Shown in pieces: positions 9,701-18,838 of a stretch of DNA of 64,000 nt. The DNA lies in contig CAZMKD010000260.1 of the NCBI GenBank assembly GCA_964566575.1, positions 521 to 64,520 on the forward strand, written 5' to 3'. Position 1 is the first letter of the stretch, and every line of letters begins with the position of its first letter. The position numbers and the translations under genes are program-made. This stretch comes from an uncultured Verrucomicrobiota bacterium. GTDB lineage: Bacteria > Verrucomicrobiota > Verrucomicrobiia > Palsa-1439. The notes below the pieces were generated by a model. It had not been told where the DNA came from and ran no database searches. It was given only the letters and a program-made list of their open reading frames with translations.

Positions 9701-11614
9701 GTTTTCGTCTCGCGAGCCGGCATCCGTCAGCAACCTATTACAGCCGAAGACTACAATATACTCTTGATTCAGGCTGTTGGTTGACAAGATAACTGCATCA
9801 CGAACGCCTATGTCAAATGTCTGCGAGTCCGATGTGTATAATCCTCCGTTGGATCCATTGACGGCGATGTCGTCCGCCCAGCTATTGTTCTGGATGCGGG
9901 CGGTGCGGGTATACCCAATCGCCATCAAGGACCGAATGTCGTTGATGCAGAGAACGCTATCCCCAATGAACTCGGGGACACAAACGTTGTTCTGTACAGA
10001 AAGCGAAAAGACGGATGGTTCCATTGTTCCCCAGACACGGGTGACGCCAATCCGGCCGAACGGTGAGACCCCCATCCCGTATTGAAACCCGTTCGCATCA
10101 ACTCTAATTTCGCTGTTGCTGCGGATCACAACCTGGGTGAAGAGAATATTCGTCATGACAGCCGTTGGGCAGCTATTAGTCGTCAGTGAAACCGTGATAT
10201 TTGTGTAGACACGATCCCCACCACAAACATTCGTCACCCCAGCGTCAAACATAATCATGAGGTTGGTGGTGCCTGACATCGGACAGGCTAAACTGTTCCC
10301 TTGGTCGTCAGTTCCAGGAATGGCCTGCATCCTGTTTGTACTGACGGTCTCCAACTCAAGAGTCGGCCGGTCAATGGTATTTGTACCGGTATCGTACCCA
10401 GCTACGACGGAGGCCACCCGAGTACCGTGACCGTGGATATCGGCGGCTTCCAAAGTCCTAAATGCCCCCGTTTCACCGGGCACGATCCGGGTGGTGCATC
10501 CGAGTTGCACGAGCGGATCACCCCCAAGCCAAGGAGGCGTTATGTAAACGATGCGAGCGAAGCTGTTCGTATCACCTATAAAGTAAAACGCCGGATGGAA
10601 AGGTCGGGTCGTGCCGTTATCCAATCCCGTGTCGGCGATTTCCACAGTTGGGTAGGTGAAGGGGTTCAGGAACGATGATAAGCCGCCGCCAACCACGTTC
10701 ACCAAAAAGTCCAGATAGTTTGTAATGCCGAGGGTAGTTGACGGTCCATGAAAAGGGAGACTGTTGGTCTGGCTGGCAAGAACGAGGTCTTGCACTTCGT
10801 CCAATAGCTTCTTCGAATAGACTCTTTCGATCCAGAGCACGCCGGGCAGGTGCGCAATCGGCGAAATCGCCGCCGGCGACACATCCATCTCAAAGATCTC
10901 TTGTCCATCGCGCGCCAATGAGGTGTTCACAGACCCCAGTGCTTGAATCCTACTTGTCGTAAACGAATCACGCGCATCATCCACCACAGCCACTCGCACC
11001 CTGATCAGTTCATTCCCTGAATGGACTCGCAGGTCTTGCGGGATTTTGTAATACGGGTGATAAGCCCCAATCCATTGGATCGACCCTTGAGGGCCCTTAA
11101 GCTCACGAAGCTTCTGCTCGGCGCTTGCGTCCACCCAGACGACGTATGAGTTGTTGGGAATGTAGCTGACCACTCTCACATCGCCCGCTGCTTTTACTTT
11201 ATCGAGCCACTGCGGCTGTACCGGGCCTTTGAACTGGATCAATCGCAACCGTTTCCCGGTTGTTTCCGCTTGCTGCAGGTGGTTGGGAACCGACGGTTCG
11301 CCCGCGGTCGTGTCGAGTGCCGTGGCTAACAGCTCGATCCGATTCAGGTAATTTGCCTTCGCCACTCGGTCGCCATGCGTTTTCTGGAGGGCGGTGACCT
11401 GCTCGTCGGTGGCCTCGGCGATCCAGTACGAGCCGTAGTCATCAACCTTCTGGATTCCCCGTTGCTTAAGCTGCGCGATGGAATCCTCGGCGGCGGGATA
11501 AATGATAATCTTGTTGAGTTTGGCGTTGGGTGACGCGGCGCGCACGCTGGCGGCCAGCGGCAGCACGATACCCAAAACCAAAAATATCCAGGAACACCCT
11601 CTCGCCTCTCTCAT
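6707..11614 (-). CDS. S8 family subtilisin-like serine peptidase (1635 aa) with a large insertion and four C-terminal choice-of-anchor-D-like Ig repeats.
   Basis: Catalytic triad in D-H-S order: VEIADTGLD, HGHGTRVASVVAG, GSSFAAPAVSGG. Signal peptide MREARGCSWIFLVLGIVLPLAASVRAA. A GGAGG Shine-Dalgarno sits 8 nt upstream of ATG 11614. The track start 11665 is probably too far upstream. Confidence 0.9.
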   Translation of the reverse strand: MREARGCSWIFLVLGIVLPLAASVRAASPNAKLNKIIIYPAAEDSIAQLKQRGIQKVDDYGSYWIAEATDEQVTALQKTHGDRVAKANYLNRIELLATALDTTAGEPSVPNHLQQAETTGKRLRLIQFKGPVQPQWLDKVKAAGDVRVVSYIPNNSYVVWVDASAEQKLRELKGPQGSIQWIGAYHPYYKIPQDLRVHSGNELIRVRVAVVDDARDSFTTSRIQALGSVNTSLARDGQEIFEMDVSPAAISPIAHLPGVLWIERVYSKKLLDEVQDLVLASQTNSLPFHGPSTTLGITNYLDFLVNVVGGGLSSFLNPFTYPTVEIADTGLDNGTTRPFHPAFYFIGDTNSFARIVYITPPWLGGDPLVQLGCTTRIVPGETGAFRTLEAADIHGHGTRVASVVAGYDTGTNTIDRPTLELETVSTNRMQAIPGTDDQGNSLACPMSGTTNLMIMFDAGVTNVCGGDRVYTNITVSLTTNSCPTAVMTNILFTQVVIRSNSEIRVDANGFQYGMGVSPFGRIGVTRVWGTMEPSVFSLSVQNNVCVPEFIGDSVLCINDIRSLMAIGYTRTARIQNNSWADDIAVNGSNGGLYTSDSQTFDIGVRDAVILSTNSLNQEYIVVFGCNRLLTDAGSRDENGGFAESRITAPATAKNVISVGSGVNPRLDGCYGQFDSLDMWLQSAAGPAIDGRFKPEIVAPGSSVYVADNQLQPSRDHRASGLTSTNCSTDNLIPLSPDIITSIDPSCTSTATLYTSLYTCANGSSFAAPAVSGGIQLLWWYFENRLFSELGTRLLQPSPAMAKAYLCNSARYLPVTNPQTGALDTLPSILQGMGEMDLLRMFDGVTRVIRDESTPRAIDAPLTSTNSQPQQTYFSQVGQSYEVIGQVASNGLPFRVTVAWVDAPGNPAALKQLVNDLDLQVTIGGQTYKGNVFSADHSVVGGAVDSVNNMESVFLPAGGAVTSGAPYTVVVQSVNIPGDGVPNVGGGLDQDFALVVYNSQNPSDVPNSATNDSCQTAISITSIPYVFRNNLNRTTYHNVHPSPTVARGGADEFFKLDSPTAGATISVDTFGSSFDTVLSVWQVQTVPQTLFTRGECGALIELVANNNAGGDLQSQVTFTTDGSNTYFIVVEPRNGGSGGTMVLNVQASAFVTLNPTNLVFGLQSVGTTSVVQTITFQNNTPVPVEIPDVTVGGANPSDFIVSGGCPGSTVPSGSNCIITVAFSPTATGVRTGTLIVNDDSIGGPHTASLSGTGLSAVPAVCSSAGSLSFGSVAVGFTSAAKSLTITSCGSAPLVISNFVTITGANASDFAITNDLCSGGSITPGGSCTVSVTFTPSANGSKTASLTFSDNTVGSPHNVALSGTGVSSAPQVCLSTASIDLGTVSVGDASPSQTVTVTNCGTAALTISAVGLTGSGASQFSIVSTACSNAVLGIGETCTVDVRFAPSQIGTASAAISITDDASGSPHQVALSGLGVGKQPDAQISRKRKSSTFIGANVFNTTGEFQSIAVKARRRSRQVFYIRVQNTGNRPDSFAVSGTGDILCPGIDTTNGVTVAYFLGADHRDDTDITAAVKAGTFRTGTLAPGAVTGDATLIRVEMKVDRYAWPCFYPATMTFTSVADATKSDAVQAVSTVNVK
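7190..8430 (-). repeat. Four tandem ~100-aa domain repeats (choice-of-anchor D-like) inside the subtilase CDS. Coordinates are approximate.
   Basis: Repeated blocks L.FG.V.VG..S...T.TN.G.A.L.IS...TG.......S.C....L....SC.V.V.F.PS..G.....L...D...GSPH...LSGTG. Confidence 0.6.
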
Positions 11615-11782
11615 CCTTGAATCCTCCATCATCTCCGGAACGAATTGTGGGCTGGTGATTTGCACGCTACCAAATGGCGCTCCGCAAATGCAACCAGAAT
11701 TATGTCGCGCTGCGTTTCACCGTGGAGAACAGACCAGAACGAGATTGCAAAGTCCAGCCCGTGTTCGCTATAGGATGCGGCT

Positions 11783-12562
11783 ATGAACATCCGCGTTACC
11801 GTCTGGGGCGAAAACGTTCACGAAAAGAAGAATAAGCTGGTCGGTGAACTCTACCCGACCGGCATGCACGGCTGCATTGCCGATGCGCTGCGGCAGGATT
11901 CAGATTTGGTGGTTCGCACCGCCACGCTCGACCAGCCGGAGCACGGGCTGACCAAAGATGTGCTCGATACGACCGACGTGCTGACGTGGTGGGGCCACAT
12001 GGCGCACAGCCAGGTGCAGGACGCGATCGTCGAGCGCGTTCACGAACGAGTGTTGCAGGGCATGGGCCTGATCGTGTTGCATTCCGCGCACTACGCAAAG
12101 ATTTTCAAACGCCTCCTGGGCACGACGTGCAGCCTGACGTGGCGCGAAGCCGGCGAGACCGAACGCCTCTGGGTCTGCAATCCCGGTCATCCCATCACCC
12201 AAGGCATTGACCGGTTTTTCGAGATCGAACAGGAAGAAATGTACGGCGAGCCGTTCGCGATCCCGAATCCCGACGAAGTCGTGCTCCTCTCGTGGTTTCA
12301 AGGTGGCGAAGTTTTTCGGAGCGGCTGCACGTTCAAACGCGGCAACGGCAAGATTTTCTATTTCCGTCCCGGCCACGAAGTCTATCCGACCTACCATCAC
12401 CCGATGGTCCAGCGCGTCATCCGCAACGCCGTCCACTGGGCGCGCCCGGAAGGATCGCGCTGGGTCGACACCTGCCCGAATGTGCCCGTCGAGAAAGCCC
12501 CCGAGAAAATCACTGAGCGCGGCCCGAAGATGCACAAGCACGGCCAAGCCGGCTATCGTTGA
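11783..12562 (+). CDS. ThuA domain protein (trehalose-utilisation ThuA, class-I glutamine-amidotransferase-like).
   Basis: 259 aa. Motifs [22 protein letters not shown]. It overlaps the downstream Gfo/Idh/MocA gene by ATGA. Confidence 0.8.
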   Translation: MNIRVTVWGENVHEKKNKLVGELYPTGMHGCIADALRQDSDLVVRTATLDQPEHGLTKDVLDTTDVLTWWGHMAHSQVQDAIVERVHERVLQGMGLIVLHSAHYAKIFKRLLGTTCSLTWREAGETERLWVCNPGHPITQGIDRFFEIEQEEMYGEPFAIPNPDEVVLLSWFQGGEVFRSGCTFKRGNGKIFYFRPGHEVYPTYHHPMVQRVIRNAVHWARPEGSRWVDTCPNVPVEKAPEKITERGPKMHKHGQAGYR

Positions 12563-13641
12563 TGCACAAAAAAATCAAGCTCGGCATCGTGGGCACCGGC
12601 GGCATGGCGAATTTCCACGCGGACGACTTCGGCAAGATGGCCGGGGTCGAACTTACAAGTTGCCTCGACATCGCCCCCGGTCGCGCGGAAGCGTTTGCCC
12701 AGAAGCACGGGTTCAAACACGTCGCCAAGAATGTGGAGGAACTGCTCGGCCAGTGCGATGCCGTGAGCGTCGTCACGCCCGACCGGTTCCACGCCGAGCC
12801 GGCCATCGCCACACTGCGCGCCGGCAAACATCTGCTCTGCGAAAAGCCTTTGACCGTCACACTCACCGAAGCGCGCCAAGTTGCCGCCGAGGCAAAGAAG
12901 GCCGGCAGGCATGGCGTGATTCACATGATCAATTTCAGCTACCGGAAGTCCGCGGCGTTTCAGAAGGCGATCGAACTGGTCGCCACCGGCAAGCTCGGCG
13001 CGTTACGGCACGTGCACAGTTTCTATTTGCAATCGTGGCTTAGCAGCGACGTGTGGGGCAATTGGTCGAATGAAGGGTTGTTGTGGCGGCTGCAAACATC
13101 GGCCGGCTCCGGCGGCGTGCTCGGCGACATCGGCTGCCACATTCTCGACCTAACCACCGCCGTCGCCGGCGAAGTCGCCCGCATCCGTTGCGACTTGCGC
13201 ACGTTTGAGAAAATCGACCCGCACGGAAAGCCGGTCGCCGAATGGCACGGCCAGAAGCTCGACGCAAACGACACGGCGATCATCGAGCTGGAATTCACCA
13301 CCGGCGCGGTCGGCATCGTGCACACGACGCGGTGGGCGACCGGCCACAAGAATCATCTGCGCCTCGAAGCCCACGGCACGGACGGTGCGCTGATGTTTGA
13401 TCTCGACCGTGGCTACGATCAACTCGACACCTGTCTGCACGGCGACAAGGACAAGGCGCATTGGACGAGCGAGTCACTCCCGCCGACGCCGAGCAACTTC
13501 GAGCGGTTCATCCACGCCATCCAGCATCACCGGCCCGACGAGCCGGACATTCTGCGCGGCGCGCAAGTCCAGGCCTACCTCGACGCCTGCGAACGTTCCG
13601 CGAAGTCCGGCAAGTGGGAGAAGGTCAAGTCGTCAGACTGA
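12559..13641 (+). CDS. Gfo/Idh/MocA family oxidoreductase (ThuB-like partner of ThuA).
   Basis: N-terminal Rossmann motif [22 protein letters not shown] motif LLCEKPLTV. 360 aa. Confidence 0.85.
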   Translation: MMHKKIKLGIVGTGGMANFHADDFGKMAGVELTSCLDIAPGRAEAFAQKHGFKHVAKNVEELLGQCDAVSVVTPDRFHAEPAIATLRAGKHLLCEKPLTVTLTEARQVAAEAKKAGRHGVIHMINFSYRKSAAFQKAIELVATGKLGALRHVHSFYLQSWLSSDVWGNWSNEGLLWRLQTSAGSGGVLGDIGCHILDLTTAVAGEVARIRCDLRTFEKIDPHGKPVAEWHGQKLDANDTAIIELEFTTGAVGIVHTTRWATGHKNHLRLEAHGTDGALMFDLDRGYDQLDTCLHGDKDKAHWTSESLPPTPSNFERFIHAIQHHRPDEPDILRGAQVQAYLDACERSAKSGKWEKVKSSD

Positions 13642-14283
13642 TTCTTCGACCACCGGGTTTGTTAGCACGCCGATCTTCTCGATTTCGACGGTCACTGTGT
13701 CACCGGCCTTGAGCCAGCGTTGCGGCGTGCGCGCCATGCCAACGCCGTGTGGCGTGCCGGTCAGAATCACCGTGCCCGGCAACAGCGTGGTGCTGCCGCT
13801 GAGAAATTCTATGAGCGTCGGCACATCGAAGATCATGTCGTTGGTGTTGGAATCCTGCAGCACCTCACCGTTGATGATTGTTCGAATTCGCAAATTACCG
13901 GGATCAGAAACTTGAACCACACGCGGCCCGAGTGGACAGAAGGAGTCGAACGATTTTCCCCGGCACCACTGGCTGCCGCCCCATTGCCTTTGCCAATCCC
14001 GCGCGCTCACATCGTTCGCACAAGTGTAGCCACGCACATAATTGAGTGCGTCCTTGCGCGATACATTTTTGCACGGCTTGCTGACAACGACAGCAAGTTC
14101 GCCTTCGTAATCCACTTGATCGCTGCGCAGATGTCGCGGCAACGCGATCGGTTCGCCGTGACTGATCGCCGATGCCGGTGACTTCATGAAAACCACGGGA
14201 AACTCCGGTATCTTTGCCTTGGTCTCCTCCGCGTGTTTCCGGTAGTTCAGCCCAATACAAAAGATCGCCGGCGCCACGTTCAT
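13633..14283 (-). CDS. Fumarylacetoacetate hydrolase (FAH) family protein.
   Basis: [20 protein letters not shown]..., [19 protein letters not shown]. The start is trimmed to ATG 14283, which gives ATGA coupling with the upstream gene. Confidence 0.8.
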   Translation of the reverse strand: MNVAPAIFCIGLNYRKHAEETKAKIPEFPVVFMKSPASAISHGEPIALPRHLRSDQVDYEGELAVVVSKPCKNVSRKDALNYVRGYTCANDVSARDWQRQWGGSQWCRGKSFDSFCPLGPRVVQVSDPGNLRIRTIINGEVLQDSNTNDMIFDVPTLIEFLSGSTTLLPGTVILTGTPHGVGMARTPQRWLKAGDTVTVEIEKIGVLTNPVVEESV

Positions 14284-14711
14284 TTCTGTGGCCCGAGGTC
14301 GAGGTGTTGCGGCGGGTTCGGCGGGAGTTTCCAGACGACTTCGCCATGATTGCTGGCGACGTGCATCTTGTTCGCCAACTCGATACCGGCCATGTGCGTT
14401 TTCTCGAACGCCGGGAAGTCTTTTGCGGTGATGTGCTGATCGAGCGGATCGAAAATCTTGCCGGCGTAGTTCTCGAGCATGCCCTTGTATTTCGGGCGTG
14501 TCGTCGCGCCCTTCTTGTACAGACTGCGCAGACCGCGCAGTTGGTAGGCTGCGAGCTCCCAGTTGCCGCCTTTCGCGGCGTAATAGAGTGTCCAATACCG
14601 GTCGCTGATGTCGCGCATGAGCGTGCCGAGACCGGGCTGAAGCTCCGCAATCTGGTCGAGCGTCAAGTCGCCGTGCTTGGTGCGGCCGACCGGAGGTTTC
14701 TCGTCGCTCAT
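14280..14711 (-). CDS. Hypothetical protein (143 aa).
   Basis: [25 protein letters not shown]... Its stop overlaps the FAH start (ATGA). No family is recognised. Confidence 0.55.
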   Translation of the reverse strand: MSDEKPPVGRTKHGDLTLDQIAELQPGLGTLMRDISDRYWTLYYAAKGGNWELAAYQLRGLRSLYKKGATTRPKYKGMLENYAGKIFDPLDQHITAKDFPAFEKTHMAGIELANKMHVASNHGEVVWKLPPNPPQHLDLGPQK

Positions 14712-14749
14712 GTCGCTACGACACACGAAACCCGCGCCCAAATCAACGC

Positions 14750-14780
14750 AAAAGAAAACCCCGACACTCGCGTGCCGGGG
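14750..14780 (-). terminator. Rho-independent terminator downstream of CDS 14803..15150.
   Basis: On the minus strand a hairpin CCCCGGCACGCGAGTGTCGGGG is followed by TTTTCTTTT. Confidence 0.6.
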
Positions 14781-14802
14781 TCCCTGATTCGAATGTCGAG
14801 TG

Positions 14803-15150
14803 TTAGCTCTTCTTCTCGACCTTGGCCTGGTCCTTGGCGCCGCAGCCCAGCTTGGCGCACTGCGCTTCGAACTGTTTGTACTCATCGGCTGTGAGGATTT
14901 CCTTCACGCCGCTCATGAATTTCGTGTGGGCCGCCTCTGTACACTTCGTACCAGCGCACTGTTCCTTCAACGCCGCAAGCTTCGTCTTCTGCTCCGCGCT
15001 GATGTTCAACTTCGAGAACATGTCCGTGCACGCGCTCTTACTGTCGGTCTTCGCCGCGCCGTGCGTGCACCCGCCGCCCTCGCCGGCAAACACTGCCGCC
15101 GCGCCCACGACCCAAACTGCCACCACTGCTAATGCAATTAATCTTTTCAT
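14803..15150 (-). CDS. Small secreted cysteine-rich protein (115 aa, 8 Cys), possibly metal-binding.
   Basis: An AGGAGA Shine-Dalgarno sits 7 nt upstream. Signal peptide MKRLIALAVVAVWVVGAAAVFA. Cys pairs CTHG, CAGTKC, CAKLGC. Confidence 0.7.
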   Translation of the reverse strand: MKRLIALAVVAVWVVGAAAVFAGEGGGCTHGAAKTDSKSACTDMFSKLNISAEQKTKLAALKEQCAGTKCTEAAHTKFMSGVKEILTADEYKQFEAQCAKLGCGAKDQAKVEKKS

Positions 15151-15204
15151 GCCATCTCCTGTTTCTGGTTTTGCGATCTTGGACACGACTTTACACACGG
15201 TCGT

Positions 15205-15660
15205 TCAAACTTTCAAGAAATACCGGCAAAACTCCTCATCCCGCTTCCACCCCAACTGCTCGTACAACCGCTGCGCCGCCAGGTTGTCCGTCGCCGTTTC
15301 CAGGATCAATCCTTCCGCGCCCGTCTCGACCGCCAGTTGCCGGGCGCGCTCCATCAGCGCCCTGGCGACGCCGCGTTTTCGCGCCGACGGTTTCACGAAC
15401 AAGTCGTATAGCACCCACGACCGCTTCATCGCCAGCGATGCGAACGTCGGATACAGTTGCACAAATCCGACCGGCTCATCGTCCAGTGTCGCAAGAAACA
15501 CCTTCGACTCGCCCCCCTCCAACCGCTCCGCGATGAATTGCCGTGCGCGCCTCGTATCCGGCGCCTGCTTGTAAAATTCGAGATATCCAAGAAACAGTGG
15601 CACCACGCGATCCACGTCGCCGGCCGCCGCTTCAATGATCTTGAGGTGACTCCGCTTCAA
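15205..15660 (-). CDS. GNAT family N-acetyltransferase.
   Basis: Acetyl-CoA motif KPSARKRGVARALMERA. The start is uncertain: TTG 15660 lies 17 nt after the glnD stop, while ATG 15741 would overlap glnD. Confidence 0.6.
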   Translation of the reverse strand: MKRSHLKIIEAAAGDVDRVVPLFLGYLEFYKQAPDTRRARQFIAERLEGGESKVFLATLDDEPVGFVQLYPTFASLAMKRSWVLYDLFVKPSARKRGVARALMERARQLAVETGAEGLILETATDNLAAQRLYEQLGWKRDEEFCRYFLKV

Positions 15661-15676
15661 TCCATTGCTCCCGAGG

Positions 15677-18499
15677 TTAGCTCCCCAACAATTCGAGCGC
15701 TGATTGAAGCTTGGCTTTGACCTGACCGAGCCGGTCCTCATCGGTGATCTTGTTGCCAATCTGGTCCTGCACGTAGAAGGTGTCGATGGCCGCGCCTTTC
15801 TCGGTGGAAATTTTGGCGAAGCTGATGTCGAGGCCGACATCGCTCAACGTATTGGTGATGGTGTACAGCAGGCCGACCCGGTCTTCGGTCTGAATCTCAA
15901 CCACTGTGCGGCTCTTGCTGATGTCGTTGTCGAACTCGATGAGCGTGGGGATCGTGACTTCACGGATGCGGGGCGCATCTGACCGGCCGGCGCGGACGCG
16001 TTCGAGCACCGCGCGAAAGTCGATCTCCTCCTTGTTCGTCAACATCCGCTCCAGCATCGCTTCCGCAGCTTGAATCTGTTTCTGGTCGCTGACGGCCGCC
16101 AGATGTTTGTCGCAGACGCCAAAAGTGTCGAGCACAACGTGATCGCCACGGGTGTAGATGTTCGCGCTGAGCGTGTTGAGTTCCGCGGCGGCAAACGCGC
16201 CGGCAATCTTCGAGAATAGACCGAGCCGGTCCCACGTGCAGATCGAGACCCGGGAATACCCCTGTGCCGGAAACGATTGCCAGTCGATCACCGGCACAAG
16301 TGCGTCCTCGGGCTGTTCGACTTCCATTTGCCGCATGAGAAACCGGTGGATCAGCAGCAGATGTCGTTCGATCTCCTCGGCGGTAGTGTTGATGTAGTAA
16401 CTGGCCGGCATGAGTTCGAAGTGCGAATAAATCTCTTCGAGCGGCAACTGGTCCTTGAATTTGACACTGACTTCCTTATAGAGCTGCTCGATGCGGCGCG
16501 ACAAAATGTTCTTCGCGCGCTCCGTGCCGGCCAGCGCGTGCTTGGTGCGGTGGTACAACTCCCACAGCAACGCTTCTTTCCATTCCGACCATGTCTTGAT
16601 GCTCGTACCGGCTGCATCAGCAAACGTCAGCAACATCAACCCGTCGAGCCAGACCTCGTTCTTCACCACGCGCGCCGCGGCATCGATGGTCGCCTGATCG
16701 TCGATATCGCGCCGTTGGGAAAACAGGCTCAGCTTCAGATGATCGCGCACGAGAAACAGAAGCTGCGCCTTCTCGTCAACGCCGAGCCGCAAGCGGTCGG
16801 CGACCTTGTGAGCCATCTCGTTGCTGGCTTCGGCGTGATGTTTGGCGTTGGTGGCTTTGCCGACGTCGTGCAGCAGGACCGCCAGATACAAGACTTGCGG
16901 ATGCTCAAGTTGCTGGAAGATGCGCTTGTACGACGAATGAGGCTGCTCGGTCGCGTCGAGCACCCGGTCCAGGTGTTCGACCACTTGGAGTGTGTGCTCG
17001 TCGGCGGTGTAGCGGTGGAAAAACTCGTGTTGCACAAGGCACGTCAGCCTCCCGAACTCCGGCAAGAGCTTTCCGAGCAACTCGACCTCGTGCATCATGC
17101 GCAAAACGCGGGCAACCTGTCCTTTGCTTTGCAGAATCGCGAGAAATGTGTCGCGCGTTTGCGGCGCGCATTGGAAACTGCGCGTGACGAGCTTGAGGTT
17201 CTGCCGGATAAGCGTTTTGAGATCGGGACTCAACTCCGCGCCGCGCTGTTGCGCGTGTAGAAAGACGCGCACCAGTCGTTGCGGATCGACCTGAAAGACA
17301 ATCGGCGTGCCGGCCTCAATCATGCCGTCGCGCAGCACGAAGCCGTCGAACGCCTCTTCCTTGCGGCTCCGCCGTCCCAGCAGCGCGGCCAGCCGGGAGA
17401 CTTTGGGCGGTTTGATTGCCATGCGCTCGGCGAGGGTGTTGGTCAGCAGGAAAATTGTGCGCGAAGCCGTGAAGTAATCGCGCATGAACGCCTCGGTGCG
17501 CCGCAGCATGTCGTGTTGCCGGTAGCCAAACTCCGTCGCGATCTGCGGCTGCAGCCCGATGCCGATAGCTTCACAGGGCCGGTTGGTCAGGTAATGCATT
17601 TCGTTGCGCACGCGCAAAATGAAGTCGTAGGCCTGCTCCAGTTGCCGCTGCTCGGCCGGCTCGACGAACCCTTTCTTGCGCAAGTCCGCCAACGTGAGGA
17701 CACCGTACTTGAAGAACGCCATCCAGATCAGGTTCTGGAAATCGCGCAACCCACCGCACCCGCTCTTCACATTCGGCTCCTGAAGATAAACGGTGTCGCC
17801 GAACTTCTCGTGCCGTGTCCGCTGGTCGTCCATGCGCGCGACGATGTACTCGTCCTCGTGGCCGCGGACGCATTCCTTGACGAGTGCCTGCTGGAACCGG
17901 TCGAACAACGTCGTCTCGCCTACCAGCGGTCGCGCCTCGATGAGCGAGGTCTTCGATTGCATGTCCTTGTTCGCCTGCGCGGTCGCCTCGCCGATGGTGC
18001 GCGTCGAATGGCCGACTTTGAAGCCGATGTCCCAGAGCATATAGAGCACTTGCTCCACGACGGCCTCGATGTAGGGATGCGCTTTCGGCGACTGGCTCGG
18101 TGTGTCGTGTAGGAACATGATGTCGATATCCGATGACGGACTCAGCTCGCCCCGGCCGAACCCGCCGGTGGCCACGAGCACCAACGGGACGAGCGAAGCT
18201 TCACCCTCGCGCCGGACATTCTCAGAAGCGGCCGTGAAGATGTGGCGCAGCATCACGTCCATCACGTGCGACCGGCCTTGGGCCACTTCGCGGCCGCCGG
18301 CCCCGGCGCGGTGTGCCATGCGCAGCCGGTGTTCTTCGACTTTCAGGAATTTCTTATACAAATTCAGGATCTCGGACGGTTTTGCGCCGGCTTTGAGCAG
18401 CAGCCGTTGCTCGGCGTGCAGGCGAACTTTCTCGTGATGGCGCTGCTGGGCGGTCATAGCGGACACAATAAAGGCCGAAAGGCTTGAATTGCAAGCCAC
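15677..18499 (-). CDS. glnD: Bifunctional [protein-PII] uridylyltransferase/uridylyl-removing enzyme.
   Basis: 940 aa. Nucleotidyltransferase G-x-GG-x-GR-x-EL-x-P-x-SDIDI, an HD domain (HDVGK) and two C-terminal ACT domains. Confidence 0.92.
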   Translation of the reverse strand: MACNSSLSAFIVSAMTAQQRHHEKVRLHAEQRLLLKAGAKPSEILNLYKKFLKVEEHRLRMAHRAGAGGREVAQGRSHVMDVMLRHIFTAASENVRREGEASLVPLVLVATGGFGRGELSPSSDIDIMFLHDTPSQSPKAHPYIEAVVEQVLYMLWDIGFKVGHSTRTIGEATAQANKDMQSKTSLIEARPLVGETTLFDRFQQALVKECVRGHEDEYIVARMDDQRTRHEKFGDTVYLQEPNVKSGCGGLRDFQNLIWMAFFKYGVLTLADLRKKGFVEPAEQRQLEQAYDFILRVRNEMHYLTNRPCEAIGIGLQPQIATEFGYRQHDMLRRTEAFMRDYFTASRTIFLLTNTLAERMAIKPPKVSRLAALLGRRSRKEEAFDGFVLRDGMIEAGTPIVFQVDPQRLVRVFLHAQQRGAELSPDLKTLIRQNLKLVTRSFQCAPQTRDTFLAILQSKGQVARVLRMMHEVELLGKLLPEFGRLTCLVQHEFFHRYTADEHTLQVVEHLDRVLDATEQPHSSYKRIFQQLEHPQVLYLAVLLHDVGKATNAKHHAEASNEMAHKVADRLRLGVDEKAQLLFLVRDHLKLSLFSQRRDIDDQATIDAAARVVKNEVWLDGLMLLTFADAAGTSIKTWSEWKEALLWELYHRTKHALAGTERAKNILSRRIEQLYKEVSVKFKDQLPLEEIYSHFELMPASYYINTTAEEIERHLLLIHRFLMRQMEVEQPEDALVPVIDWQSFPAQGYSRVSICTWDRLGLFSKIAGAFAAAELNTLSANIYTRGDHVVLDTFGVCDKHLAAVSDQKQIQAAEAMLERMLTNKEEIDFRAVLERVRAGRSDAPRIREVTIPTLIEFDNDISKSRTVVEIQTEDRVGLLYTITNTLSDVGLDISFAKISTEKGAAIDTFYVQDQIGNKITDEDRLGQVKAKLQSALELLGS

Positions 18500-18573
18500 T
18501 CCACAGGTTGATTTCTTGAACCGGTGAGCTATGCTCTACGGGTTGTTAAACCCTGCAAGGAGGGGGGTAACAC

Positions 18574-18798
18574 ATGCCGCAACGTAGTCGTAAACAAGAC
18601 CCGCTTGCTGAAATTGTTCGATCCCAGCGAGAGGAAATTAAGAAGTACAAGTGGATCGAAAGCGAGAAACTAGGCAAGGACATCGGCTGGGAACAGGCCT
18701 CACGGGAGTGGATGCAGAAATTCTTTCCCGAGTGGAAACAGTACCGCTGGCAGCGCGCCGTCGAAGACGCGCTGAAGGGCCAATCGGGTCTTAGCTAA
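18574..18798 (+). CDS. Small conserved hypothetical protein (74 aa, K/W/E-rich).
   Basis: A strong AAGGAGG Shine-Dalgarno sits 7 nt upstream of ATG 18574. It is followed by a very strong intrinsic terminator. Confidence 0.6.
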   Translation: MPQRSRKQDPLAEIVRSQREEIKKYKWIESEKLGKDIGWEQASREWMQKFFPEWKQYRWQRAVEDALKGQSGLS

Positions 18799-18802
18799 CA
18801 TC

Positions 18803-18838
18803 GTCGGGGCGGCCCACCGGGTCGCCCCGACTTTTTTT
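18803..18838 (+). terminator. Strong rho-independent terminator whose U-tract abuts the pdxJ start codon.
   Basis: GTCGGGGCG-gcccaccgggt-CGCCCCGAC gives a 9-bp perfect stem plus an inner CCC/GGG extension. It is followed by TTTTTTT, then ATG 18839. Confidence 0.85.

Noticed and set aside
11690-11720. Sigma54-like promoter TGGCGC...TGCA between the subtilase and thuA.
   Set aside because: The GG-to-GC spacing is 12 nt, not 10. The -12 element is poor.
12207-13043. A 278-aa Arg-rich plus-strand ORF.
   Set aside because: It is an alternative frame of the well-supported Gfo/Idh/MocA gene 12559..13641, with a typical high-GC shadow-ORF composition.
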